DNA from: Macrostomum lignano
Lineage: Eukaryota
Length of the DNA stretch: 64,000 nucleotides
Direction: 5' to 3'
Assembly: GCA_002269645.1 (NCBI GenBank)
Contig: NIVC01001569.1
Coordinates: 203,392 to 267,391 of the forward strand
The position numbers were made by a program, and so were the translations under genes. Below, piece by piece: positions 48,001 to 60,369 of the stretch. A model generated the notes under the pieces. The model saw nothing but the letters and a program-made list of their open reading frames with translations, was not told the origin of the DNA and made no database searches. Each line of letters starts with the position of its first letter. Positions within the stretch are counted from its first letter, which is position 1.

Positions 48001-51000
48001 TTGGGTGTGACTCCTGAGTTGAATAGGGTGTAATTAGAATGTGACTCGTGCATTTTGAGTTAACTGGGGTTCATTCCTGACACTCCTGTCGAGGAGAAAG
48101 TCTGTAGACCCTCTGTGTTGCCTCCGCGTACGTAGAAGTCACCCTGGCCAACCTGCTCCCGCAGGCGCCGCTCGAATGGGCATCGACCCCAGCAACGGCG
48201 CCCTGCTGTTCGCCTCGGTTCGACAAAGCGACGGCAGCGGCGTCTACAGGTGCGGCTGGCGCGACCCCGGCCTGCGGAGAATTATTGAAGACCGCCTGGC
48301 TTACCGGCTCTCCGTGCTGCCGCCTGGCCGACTCGAACCCGGGACCTCGTCCTCAACCGACAGTCAATATTCTTCGACAGTCGGCCTGATGTCAGCGAGT
48401 CCGGCCGATACGTCTGCAGCAAACCCGGCGACAGCTTTCTCGGGCAGCACTCTGATGCTGTTCTGCTTCTTTTCAGGCAATCCGCCGCCAACTATTGCTT
48501 GGCAAGTTGCTTCTAGTAGCGAGTCGGATGGGCAGTTTTTGCCAGTAGATGATGCCGCTAGCGATGGCGTTGAGCGTCGGGTTGTTGACCAAGGCACCGG
48601 ACTGGTGCTGAAAATCAGGGCTGACATTGGCAACCGTCTGGGTAATTATTATTTTTCAAGTTATTCAATTATCTTTAAATAATGAACGTCTTTGGATGCC
48701 GTAGTCTAGTGGTCTGCTGTGCCAGCGGCCCAGGCTCGATTCCAAGTGCAGTCACGTTAATTTGGGGCTGAATTGGAATCTCGGCTTGGCTCTGCTTGTG
48801 CAATTAACCCCCAAGGCACAGTGAAGTGTACATGCCTAACGATAAAATAAAGTTAGGGCCGCTGTACACTCCTGTGTGAGTGTGTCTGTGCCTATGACTG
48901 CTCAGGGGAGTCGGCGAAATGAGCAGTAATGCCTCTCGCCGGTTGTGCGACAATGTCGCTTAAAGTGCGCCAGGGGGGGGGCAAAGTCAAGTATTCTACA
49001 TTGTACGTACATGACGTGTACATGTATATGATTTTAAGAATCGGTGTTGTTAGCGCTCATTTTGGCGCCGCAGACAGGCACTCATTTTGGCGCCGCAGAC
49101 AGGCACTCATTTTGGCGCCGCATACATGCAATTATTTTGGTGCCGCATACAGGCACTCATTTTGGCGCCGCAGACAGGCAATCATTTTGGCGCCGCACAC
49201 AGGCACTCATTTTGGCGCCGCATACAGGCAACTCATTTTGGCGCCGCAGACAGGCACTCATTTTGGCGCCGCAGACAGGCACTCATTTTAGCGCCGCAGA
49301 CAGGCAATCATTTTGGCGCCGCACACAGGCACTCATTTTGGCGCCGCATACAGGCAACTCATTTTGGCGCCGCACACAGGCAATCATTTTGGCGCCGCAC
49401 ACAGGCACTCATTTTGGCGCCGCATACAGGCAACTCATTTTGGCGCCGCAAAGCAAAATCATTGATTTCCACAACGGGTCACAAAGTGATGTGGGGGGGG
49501 GGACAAAGCATTGGCATGCCCCCCCCCTGTGTGTCCCCCGATGGCGATGCTCTTGTGCGCCATGCACACAGCCCCTTGCTCCCATCTCTGACTTAAATAG
49601 CAGAGCACAGAAGTCAAAAATTATTTTCATTACTGAAAAACTACGCAATCTGTTGACACATATTTCACTACCTGCAACCACGCAGGCCGCTATCGTTGCG
49701 TTGCCACGAGCAACAGTGGCGTCGTTGCGTTCTCAGATTTTCACCTGCAAATTGTGCTGCCTCCAATTTGGTCTCCCCGCGGTCGCCCGCCGTCCAACGC
49801 TGTCGTTGCCATTGGCGACCGGCTAGTGATGCGTTGCCAAGCGGATCATGCGCAGCGCTGTCAGTGGATTAGTAGAAATGGCGTCAGTTTGAAATTGAAC
49901 AGCAGTTCAACAACAGAATCGGTTGTCATGGTTACGGATAGTGCCAGCTACGCCGATAGGGCGGTGTACCAGTGCAACTGCACGAGTGGGTTGCCAGGCG
50001 CCTATCTCTACGCCAATGCCTACGTGAATGTAGTTGCTAGGCGGCCGAAGATTAGAACTAAACAGTTGGCCCACTGGGCCTGGGCTAACGCCAGTTTCAC
50101 TCTGCCGTGTCGATCCGAGCCTCGGCCGGCTAAGGTAGAATGGACTCGCGTGAGCAGTGCGACTCCCAGCAAGCAGGTCGACTTTCTCAATGGAAGCCGC
50201 TATCAGCTGCTGGGCCTGGAGTGGGGCGGACTGGCGGATTTGACTGTTGACAAGTTGCAGCTTAGCGACGGGGGTCAATACCGCTGCCGCCTGATTAACC
50301 AGTTTGGTGAGCTCACACTCCTGATGAACACTGCACCCACCCCACCTCTGCTATAATCATTTCTCACTCCTGATGGCCACTGCACCCACCCCACCTCTGC
50401 TATAATCATTTCTCACTCCTGATGAACACTGCACCCACCCCACCTCTGCTATAATCATTTCTCACTCCTGATGAACACTGCACCCACCCCACCTCTGCTA
50501 TAATCATTTCTCACTCCTGATGAACACTGCACCCACCCCACCTCTGCTATAATCATTTCTCACTCCTGATGAACACTGCACCCACCCCACCTCTGCTATA
50601 ATCATTTCTCACTCCTGATGAACACTGGCCCCACCCCACCTCTGCTATAATCATTTCTCACTCCTGATGAACACTGGCCCCACCCCACCTCTGCTATAAT
50701 CATTTTTCACTCCTGATGAACACTGCACCCACCCCACCTCTGCTATAATCATTTCTCACTCCTGATGAACACTGCACCCACCCCATCTCCGCTTTAATCA
50801 GTTCCGACTACTGATGTACACTGCACCCAGTTCACCTCCGCTATAATCAGCTCCCTCACTCCTGATGAACACTGCACCCACCCCACCTCCGCTATAATCA
50901 TTTCTCACTCCCGATGAACACTGCACCCACCCCACCTCCGCTATAATAAGCTCTGACTCCTGATGTACACTGCACCCACCCCACCTCCGCTATAATAAGC

Positions 51001-54000
51001 TCCGACTCCTGATGTACACTGCACCCACCCCACCTCTGCTATAATCATTTCTCACTCCTGATGAACACTGCACCCACCCCACCTCTGCTATAATCATTTC
51101 TCACTCCTGATGAACACTGGCCCCACCCCACCTCTGCTATAATCATTTTTCACTCCTGATGAACACTGGCCCCACCCCACCTCTGCTATAATCATTTTTC
51201 ACTCCTGATGAACACTGCACCCACCCCACCTCTGCTATAATCATTTCTCACTCCTGATGAACACTGCACCCACCCCATCTCCGCTTTAATCAGTTCCGAC
51301 TACTGATGTACACTGCACCCAGTTCACCTCCGCTATAATCAGCTCCCTCACTCCTGATGAACACTGCACCCACCCCACCTCCGCTATAATCATTTCTCAC
51401 TCCCGATGAACACTGCACCCACCCCACCTCCGCTATAATAAGCTCTGACTCCTGATGTACACTGCACCCACCCCACCTCCGCTATAATAAGCTCCGACTC
51501 CTGATGTACACTGCACCCACCCCACCTCCGCTTTAATAACCTCCGACTCCTGATGTACACTGCACCCACCCCACCTCCGCTATAATAAGCTCCGACTCCT
51601 GATGTACACTGCACCCACCCCACCTCCGCTATAATAAGCTCCGACTCCTGATGTACACTGCACCCACCCCACCTCCGCTATAATAAGCTCCGACTCCTGA
51701 TGTACACTGCACCCACCCCACCTCCGCTATAATAAGCTCCGACTCCTGATGTACACTGCACATATTTACTCGCTGATTTATTCACGCACCAAACCCACCG
51801 CAGGCTCGGCATCTGTACAGCAGAACCTGACTGTGCTTCAACCCACCCGTGTCCTGGCCGGTCCAGCCGACGCCCTGGCCGACGGCCGGGCCTACCCAGC
51901 TGAAGCCGAAGAGCTCCGCCTGCCCTGTCGAGTAGCCGTGGATTCGCGCCTAGCAACAATTCCGGGTAGCAACGGGGTTGTCTCAGTCAGTATCAGCTGG
52001 CTCAAAGACGGCCTGGCGCTGACGCCCTCGTCAACAACTTTGACTCGCAAGATTGACAGCTCCGATGCGAAAGCGGAACTTTTAGAGTTTGAAGACTGGC
52101 TGGTGCTGTCACCTGTTCAACCTCAACACGCCGGCAGATACGCTTGCTCGGCAGGAGCCGTTGCCATGGTAACTAGTATGAGATCCGCCGATCCGGGCGA
52201 CACAAGCTACACCGGCTTGTTGCGAGTTGTTGAGCCGCCGAGAGCGCCCAGGAAATTGCTGCTAATTGGCTGCAACTCTGGCCTGGCCACACTGGCTTGG
52301 TCATCGCCGTCGGAGTCTGTTAATGAGACTGCAGCGAATGCTAACGTTATCAATAGTGTTGCTACTAGTTACGCGGTTGAATTTTCCGAGCAATATTCGA
52401 GCTACACAAGATGGCATGCGGTAGAGCACTGCGGCAGTGTTACCGATTTGCGCTGTGAAGTTCGTCTGCTGCCCAGTTTGGCGCTCAAATTCAGAGTTCG
52501 GGCGCTTAACCTAGCGGGGGCCGGACCGCCGTCTGAGTGAGTCTTTGTCATTGTGGGCTATTGTGTCAGTTAGTCTTTGTCATTGTGGGCTATCGTGTCA
52601 ATGAGTCTTTGTCATTGTAGGCTATCTGTCAATGAATCTTTGTCATTGTGGGTTATCGTGTCAGTCTTTGTCATTGTAGGCTATCGTGTCAGTTAGACTT
52701 TGTCATTGTAGGTTACCGTGTCAGTTAGTCTTTGTCATTGTGGGTTATCGTGTCAGTTAGTCTTTGTCATTGTGGGTTATCGTGTCAGTTAGTCTTTGTC
52801 ATTGTAGGCTATTGTGTCAGTTAGTCTTTGTCATTGTAGGCTATCGTGTCAATGAGTCTTTGTCATTGTAGGCTATCTGTCAATGAATCTTTGTCATTGT
52901 GGGTTATCGTGTCAGTCTTTGTCATTGTAGGCTATCGTGTCAGTTAGACTTTGTCATTGTAGGTTACCGTGTCAGTTAGTCTTTGTCATTGTAGGTTACC
53001 GTGTCAGTTAGTCTTTGTCATTGTAGGCTATCGTGTCAGTTAATCTTTGTCATTGTAGGTTACCGTGTCAGTTAGTCTTTGTCATTGTAGGCTATCGTGT
53101 CAGTTAGTCTTTGTCATTGTAGGCTATCGTGTCAGTTAGTCTTTGTCATTGTAGGCTATCGTGTCAGTTAGTCTTTGTCATTGTAGGCTATTGTGTCAGT
53201 TAGTCTTTGTCATTGTAGGCTATCGTGTCAGTTAGTCTTTGTCATTGTAGGCTATCGTGTCAATGAGTCTTTGTCATTGTGGGTGAGCTATCCTAACCTC
53301 CGAACCCCGCGTCCCACCCAGTCCGCCGCTGGACGTGACATCGGACTCTGATTGTCGCTCCGAACCGAAGCCCCCCTCCGCTAATCCAACCGAGCTTCGA
53401 GTTGACGGCGGCAGCTGCCACAACGTCGAAATTTTAGGACAACCACCTCGCCTGCGGATTCGCTGGCGGCCGGTGTCTCCGTTGGCCATCAATGGGCCAG
53501 GATTTGCCTATAGCCTGACTGTCGCATGCGAAGATTGTCGCTCCGCTCCTATTGGCCAGCAATATGCGACTCGAATCGACGGCTTTCAACAGGACTGTTT
53601 AGTGTTGCATAGTCTAGAAATTGACGGCAAAGATTATCCTATTGCGGCCTATCGCACCTATCGTGTCGAGGTGAGTTATCTAATAAACTTTCATTTCTCC
53701 AACCACCTCACTTCGCTCTGTACCCACCTCACTCCGCTCTGCAACCACTTCACTCTAATCTGCAGCCACCTCGCTCCGCTCTACACCCACCTCACTCCGT
53801 TCTGCACCCACCTCACTCCATTCTGCACCCACCTCACTCCGCTACGCACCCACCTCTCTCCGTTCTCCACCCAACTCACTCCGCTCTGTGCCCACCTCAC
53901 TCCGCTCTGTACCCACCTCACTCCGTTCTGTGCCCACCTCACTCCGCTCTGTACCCACCTCACTCCGTTCTGCACCCACCTCACTTCGCTCTGTACCCAC

Positions 54001-57000
54001 CTCACTCCGCTCTGTACCCACCTCTCTCCGTTCTGCACCTACCTCACTCCACTCTGTACCCACCTCTCTCCGTTCTGCACCCACCTCACTCCGCTCTGTA
54101 CCCACCTCACTCCGCTCTGCACCGACTCCACTCCGCTCTATCTCTACCTCCTATATGGCTCACTTATTGAACCACTATTCGGCCCTAGATTCTCTCTGTA
54201 AACAACCTGGGCAACTGCTGCACTAATTCGGCATCCAAGATTGCTGCAACAGCTTCTGCCTCAGGTCGTAGCAGTGAAACAGCGCCTGAAGTGGCGCCAA
54301 AACGCCTGCGGCAGCTGCAAATGGCACCGGCTACTGCCGAAGTGAAAGCAGAACAAGTGGAGCCTAGCGAAGGCGCCGATGTGTGGCTCGCCTGGGATAT
54401 GCCAATGGTAAGAATACTTTAAATGTGACGCTAATACTGGCGGAAAATGTGACGCTCATCCTGGCGCCAAATGTGAAGCTAATCTTAGCGCCGAATGTGA
54501 CGCTAACCCTGTTGCCAAATGTGACGCTAACCCTGGCGCCAAATGAGATGCTTTTTTGCGCCTAATATGACGCTAATCCCAGCGCCAAATGTGACGCTAA
54601 TCCCGGTGCCAAATGTGACACTTATCTTGGCGCCAAATGTGACGCTAATTCTGGCGCCAAATGTGACGCTAATCCCGGTGCCAAATGTGACGCTTATCTT
54701 GGCGCCAAATGTGACGCTTATCTTGGTGCAAAATGTGACGCTAATCTTGGCGCCAAATGTGACGCTTATCTTGGCGCAAAGTGTGACGCTAATCCCGGCG
54801 CCAAATGTGACGCTAATCCCGGCGCCAAATGTGACGCTTTTCTTGGCGCCAAATGTGACGCTAATTCTGGCGCCAAATGTGACGCTAATCCCGGTGCCAA
54901 ATGTGACGCTTATCTTGGCGCCAAATGTGACGCTTATCTTGGTGCAAAATGTGACGCTAATCCTGGCGCCAATTGTGTCGCTTTTTGGTGTTAATTTTGA
55001 CGTTTTTTTGACGCGCAAATGTGAAGCTTTTTGGTGTTAAATGTGACGCTAATATTGGCGCTAATTACGTCTCCCCTCTCGCCTAAAAACCCATCAGAAT
55101 CCCCAGACTGACCAGCGCATGAACGGCGAATTCCGCGGCTACCGAGTCGATTGGTGCGCAGCCGCTGCTCAGGCAGACTGTCAGGATTTGCTGGCACCGC
55201 TCGGTCGATATGAAAAATTCAAAACTATTGAGGCCAGCCTAGCCGGGTCTGTTGATATTCTAGTTGACCAAGTGTACAGGCTCGATACTACTAATGCCAG
55301 CAGTAGTAGCTACTGCGCTAAAGTAACCGGACTGCCTGGCGACACTTGGCTGCGCTTGCGACTGCGGCCGGTTAACTCGGCCGGACTGGCTGCGTCCGAG
55401 GCGGCGCTGCTGACGCTGCGGACTCGAGAGGCTCGGCCGGGGCCGGTCGGCGAATTCGCTCTGTTGGGCGCGGCAGGTGCCGATCGGCTGGAGCTGGCCT
55501 GGACCAGACCGGCCAGGACCAACGGCCGGTTGCTGGGCTTCTCGCTGGCCTGGAGCGAGGTGAGGAGGCTGAGGCAGTTTTTTGAGCGATTTTTTTAGCT
55601 TTTTGAAGCATTTAGTAGGCATCAGCGGGTCAAACTAGAGAGGCGCCAAACTAAGCTTTGAGTGGCGCCAATCTAAGATATGAGAGGCGCTAATCTGAGA
55701 TATGAGAAGCACCAAACTAAGCTATGAGAGGCGCTAATCTGAGATATGAGAGGCGCCAGACTAAGCTATGAGAGGCGCTAATCTGAGATATGAGAGGCGC
55801 CAAACTAAGATTTTAGAGGCGCCAGTCTAAGCTATGAGAGGCGCTAATCTGAGATATGAGAGGCGCCAAACTAAGCTATGAGAGGCGCTAATCTGAGATA
55901 TGAGAGGCGCCAAACTAAGATTTTAGAGGCGCCAGTCTAAGCTATGAGAGGCGCTAATCTGAGATATGAGAGGCGCCAAACTAAGCTATGAGAGGCGCTT
56001 ATCTGAGATATGAGAGGCGCCAAACTAAGATTTTAGAGGCGCCAGTCTAAGCTATGAGAGGCGCTAATCTGAGATATGAGAGGCGCCAAAACTAAGCTAT
56101 GAGAGGCGCTAATCTAAGATACGCGAGGCGCCAAACTAAGCTATGAGAGGCGCTAATCTAAGATACGCGAGCCGCCTAACTAAGCTATGAGAGGCGCTAA
56201 TCTAAGATACGCGAGGCGCCAAACTAATTAGATGCGGGGGGCGCTAAGATACGGGGGCGCCAAACTAATCAGATACGCGCCAAACTAATTAGATACGCGC
56301 CAAACTAATGAGATACGCGCCAAACTAATCAGATACGCGCCAAACTAATCGGATACGCGCCAAAACTAATCAGATACGCGCCAAACTAATTAGATACGCG
56401 CCAAACTAATCAGATACGCGCCAAACTAATTAGATACGCGCCAAACTAATTAGAAACGCGCCAAACTAATCAGATACGCGCCAAACTAATCAGATACGCG
56501 CCAAACTTATCAGATACGCGCCAAGCTAATTAGATACGCGCCAAACTAATTAGAAACGCGCCAAACTAATCAGATACGCGCCAAACTAATTAGATACGCG
56601 CCAAACTAATCAGATACGCGCCAAGCTAATTAGATACGCGCCAAACTAATTAGAAACGCGCCAAACTAATCAGATACGCGCCAAACTAATTAGATACGCG
56701 CCAAACTAATCAGATACGCGCCAAACTAATCAGATACGCGCCAAACTAATTAGATACGCGCCAAACTAATTAGATACGCGCCAAACTAATTAGATACGCG
56801 CCAAACTAATCAGATACGCGCCAAACTAATCAGATACGCGCCAAACTAATTAGATACGCGCCAAACTAATCAGATACGCGCCAAACTAAGTCCATCAAGC
56901 TCTCCTCCAACCCCTGCAGATCCGAGGCCTCCGCCTGCTCCAGCTGGTCCAGCTGCCGCCAATCGCGGATCCCTGGCAGAGCCGGGCCACTCTGTCCGAC

Positions 57001-59771
57001 CTGAGTCCGGGCTCCGCCTACAGGGTCTACCTGACAGCTCGGACACTGGCCGGCGATGGTCCGCCTTCCTGGCTGGACGTTCGGACAGTCGGCGACTCGC
57101 TGCTGCCTCCAGGGGCTCCGTCTTTTTCTGTGGCCGCCCTGCCAAACGGCGGTCTAAATGTCACCAATTTGATTCAGCGGCCCTTTCTAGTGCAGTATCG
57201 TCGGCTACTACTGCCCGGCTCAAGTGTCGGCAGTAGTATAAATAGCGATTCTACTAAGAAAGATTCGAATCGCTGGCTGGAGACCAGGCGCGAGAGCCGG
57301 CGCTCCTGGCTGCTGATTGACGGCCTCGAGCCCGGTGCGTGGTACGAGGTTCGCGTCGCCACTCCGGGCGGCGTAGCTTTCGCCAACTGGGCCCGGGTTC
57401 GAACCTCGGACCTTGGCGTTAACGCCGGCGTTGGCGACGACGATGGCGGAGACTCGGACGCCGCAGCCGCAGCCGCTGCTCTGTTGAATGGCCGCGGTGC
57501 CTGGCTGATCAGCCTCTGTCTGCTGCTTGTCGGCACCACCGCCTGCGTGGCCTGCCTGTGCGGCCTCCGGCGCCGGGCCGCCGCCGGTTCCTCGGCGCCG
57601 CGGCCAGCTGGCAGCGATGGTGCTGTACAGCGACCGGAGACTGAGGCTGAGCCCATGGGCTTGCTGGATGGCGAAGGTAGCTGGCTGGGGATATGGACTT
57701 GGGTTCTTTTTATCCCATCTACCTGGGTTCTTTTTATCCCATCTACCTGGGTTCTAATTATCCCATCTATCTGGATTCTAATTATTCATCTACTGGATTC
57801 TAATTACCATCTATCTGGATTCTAATTATCCCATCTATCTGGATTCTAATTATCCCATCTATCTGGGTTCTAATTATCCCATCTATCTGGATTCTAATTA
57901 TCCCATCTATCTGGATTCTAATTATCCCATCTATCTGGATTCTAATTATCCCATCTATCTGGATTCTAATTATCCCATCTACCTGGGTTCTAATTATCCC
58001 ATCTACCTGGATTCTAATTATCCCATCTATCTGGGTTCTAATTATCCCATCTATCTGGATTCTAATTATCCCATCTATCTGGATTCTAATTATCCCATCT
58101 ATCTGGGTTCTAATTATCCATCTATCTGGGTTCTAATTATCCTATCTATCTGGATTCTAATTATCCCATCTATCTGGATTCTAATTATCCATCTACCTGG
58201 ATTCTAATTATCCCATCTACCTGGATTCTAATTATCCTATCTGCCTTGATTCTAATTATCCCATCTATCTGGGTTCTAATCATCCCATCTACCTGGATAA
58301 CTAATTATCCCATCTTCCTGGATTCTAATTATCCCATCCATTGTATTCCAATCATCCTATTCCACCTGCAACTGCAACCATGGCACACTCTTTACTTCAA
58401 TTTCAATAAAATGTTTTATTTCAACTGTAATATCAGAATTCCAAGATCCCAACTCATCTGCAACTTCATTCTTCCGTGAACTTCCTCAACAGATCGCAAC
58501 GGGGATGCCCATCGCTCATCTGGAGCCAGAGTGGCAGCTCGACAGTCTGCGACTGGCCGATTCGAAAACGAGTTTCCAAGGAGGCAACGAATGCTCGAAT
58601 CCAATGGCCGCAGTCGGCAGGGTCGAGTTGAACTGCTTGAAGCTGCGTTGCTGGCGAATCACAGCAGAGGTTAGTTGGGGTCACAAGATTAGAGTAGATG
58701 GGGTTACAGGGTTAGAGTAGATGGGGTTACAGGAAAAGAGTAGATGGGTTACAGGGTTAGAGTAGATGGGATCACAGAATTAGAGTAGATGGGATCACAG
58801 GATTAGAGTAGATGGGATCACAGGATTCAAGTAGATGGGATCACAGGGTTAGAGTAGATGGGTCACAGGGTTAGAGTAGATGGGATCACAGGAATAGAGT
58901 AGATGGGTCACAGGATTAGAGTAGATGGGATCACAGGATTAGAGTAGATGGGATCACAGGAATAGAGTAGATGGGGGTCACAGGATTCAAGTAGATGGGT
59001 CACAGGATTAGAGTAGATGGGGTTACAGGAAAAGAGTAGATGGGTCACAGGATTAGAGTAGATGGGGTTACAGGAAAAGAGTAGATGGGTTACAGGGTTA
59101 GAGTAGATGGGATCACAGAATTAGAGTAGATGGGATCACAGGATTAGAGTAGATGGGATCACAGGATTCAAGTAGATGGGATCACAGGGTTAGAGTAGAT
59201 GGGTCACAGGGTTAGAGTAGATGGGATCACAGGAATAGAGTAGATGGGTCACAGGATTAGAGTAGATGGGATCACAGGATTAGAGTAGATGGGATCACAG
59301 GAATAGAGTAGATGGGGGTCACAGGATTCAAGTAGATGGGTCACAGGATTAGAGTAGATGGGGTTACAGGAAAAGAGTAGATGGGTCACAGGATTAGAGT
59401 AGATGGGGTTACAGGAAAAGAGTAGATGGGTCACAGGATTAGAGTAGATGGGGTTACAGGAAAAGAGTAGATGGGGTTACAGGAAAAGAGTAGATGGGGT
59501 TACAGGAAAAGAGTAGATGGGTCACAGGATTAGAGTAGATGGGTTACAGGATTAGAGTAGATCTTAGGCTAAAACAGGATTTTTATACAAGTTTATACAG
59601 GATTCTCACACCTTTCCCCAAATGCACCTGTATATCTGTGCTAAAATTACAGATGTACGTGGAACTCAGCTTCCCAACAGGAAAACAACTCCGCAAGCAA
59701 CTTCATCAAATGCAGCATCATTGTCAAGCAGTGGCCCGTCATTTGCCTTCCCCTATCAGACTAGAGTCTAA
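45006..59771 (+). CDS. L1-family (neuroglian/NrCAM-like) cell adhesion molecule: signal peptide, 6 Ig, 5 FN3, TM, cytoplasmic tail; 12 exons, ~1498 aa
   Basis: join(45006-45090,45868-46065,46278-46577,48165-48641,49686-50306,51804-52536,53322-53670,54189-54407,55098-55559,56920-57676,58493-58669,59653-59771), all phase-consistent, 4497 nt. Ig motifs VTLECGAFGDPPPNLVWHRDG, GVYRCLAVNSLG, GRYRCVAT, GQYRCRLINQFG; FN3 motifs FRVRALNLAGAGPPS, MNGEFRGYRVDW, LEPGAWYEVRV; TM AWLISLCLLLVGTTACVACLCGL. Confidence 0.88.
45182..45805. repeat. G-rich ~27-bp minisatellite, L1-like intron 1
   Basis: Unit ggggtcggggagtggggtgtgtgttct. Confidence 0.96.
46635..48045. repeat. 23-bp minisatellite, L1-like intron 3
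   Basis: Unit gggtgtgactcctgaggtggatt; same family as 62670-63655. Confidence 0.96.
48694..48981 (+). mobile_element. tRNA-derived SINE (copy 2), L1-like intron 4
   Basis: A box TAGTCTAGTGG, B box GGCTCGATTCC, body matches 18537-18870. Confidence 0.75.
49065..49450. repeat. 25-bp minisatellite, L1-like intron 4
   Basis: Unit cattttggcgccgcagacaggcact. Confidence 0.95.
50318..51760. repeat. 49-bp minisatellite, L1-like intron 5
   Basis: Unit actcctgatgaacactgcacccaccccacctctgctataatcatttctc. Confidence 0.96.
52537..53282. repeat. 32-bp minisatellite, L1-like intron 6
   Basis: Unit gtcagttagtctttgtcattgtaggctatcgt, starting at the splice donor. Confidence 0.96.
53703..54135. repeat. 21-bp minisatellite, L1-like intron 7
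   Basis: Unit cacctcactccgctctgtacc. Confidence 0.95.
54420..55060. repeat. 24-bp minisatellite, L1-like intron 8
   Basis: Unit aatgtgacgctaatcttggcgcca. Confidence 0.95.
55630..56890. repeat. Compound 22-bp then 20-bp minisatellite, L1-like intron 9
   Basis: gagaggcgccaaactaagctat/gagaggcgctaatctgagatat (to ~56225) grading into agatacgcgccaaactaatc (56265-56890). Confidence 0.96.
57700..58340. repeat. 24-bp minisatellite, L1-like intron 10
   Basis: Unit ggattctaattatcccatctatct. Confidence 0.96.
58675..59565. repeat. 23-bp minisatellite, L1-like intron 11
   Basis: Unit gattagagtagatgggatcacag. Confidence 0.96.
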
Positions 59772-60369
59772 ATTAACGCTAGTAGTCTTATTTGCATATT
59801 TTAGTTAAATTATACATTTTTTGACAATCAACTTTATAAAGCACAGTTTTATTTTATTTTATTTTATTTTAGCCCTTAATCAACAAGACAATCCATCCAA
59901 GTATCTGTAAATACGGCTGTCTATAGCATGGTAAATACCTTTTATCATATCAAAAAGTTTTTGAAAAAAAAGAAAATCTCGCTTTTTACTTACTTAACTA
60001 CTGGTTATGAGTAGTTTTCGATTGTCTCCCTACTGCTGTTTTATAGTTTTTCTATCTACCATATCTATATTCCTAATCCAGCCTTTGAATTCATTCCGAA
60101 ACATGCAATCAGCAGTTCCTTTTTCTAGTCACTTGTGAGTGCATTAGTGAGTTGCTATTTTTATTGAACTATGCGATTTAAATGAATTTGTGTCTGCAAG
60201 TTAAACTCCGTATTGTGTTTTGAATTATGCTTTTTTTAAGTCAAATACACAAATTTATTTAATGTTTTTTCTGTAAATATCGTCTGCTTCATTGCTTGTC
60301 TATATTTATACTACTGCTAATTTGTAGTGTAAGTAGTATAAGAGGATGTTATAGCTATGTTTAAATACA

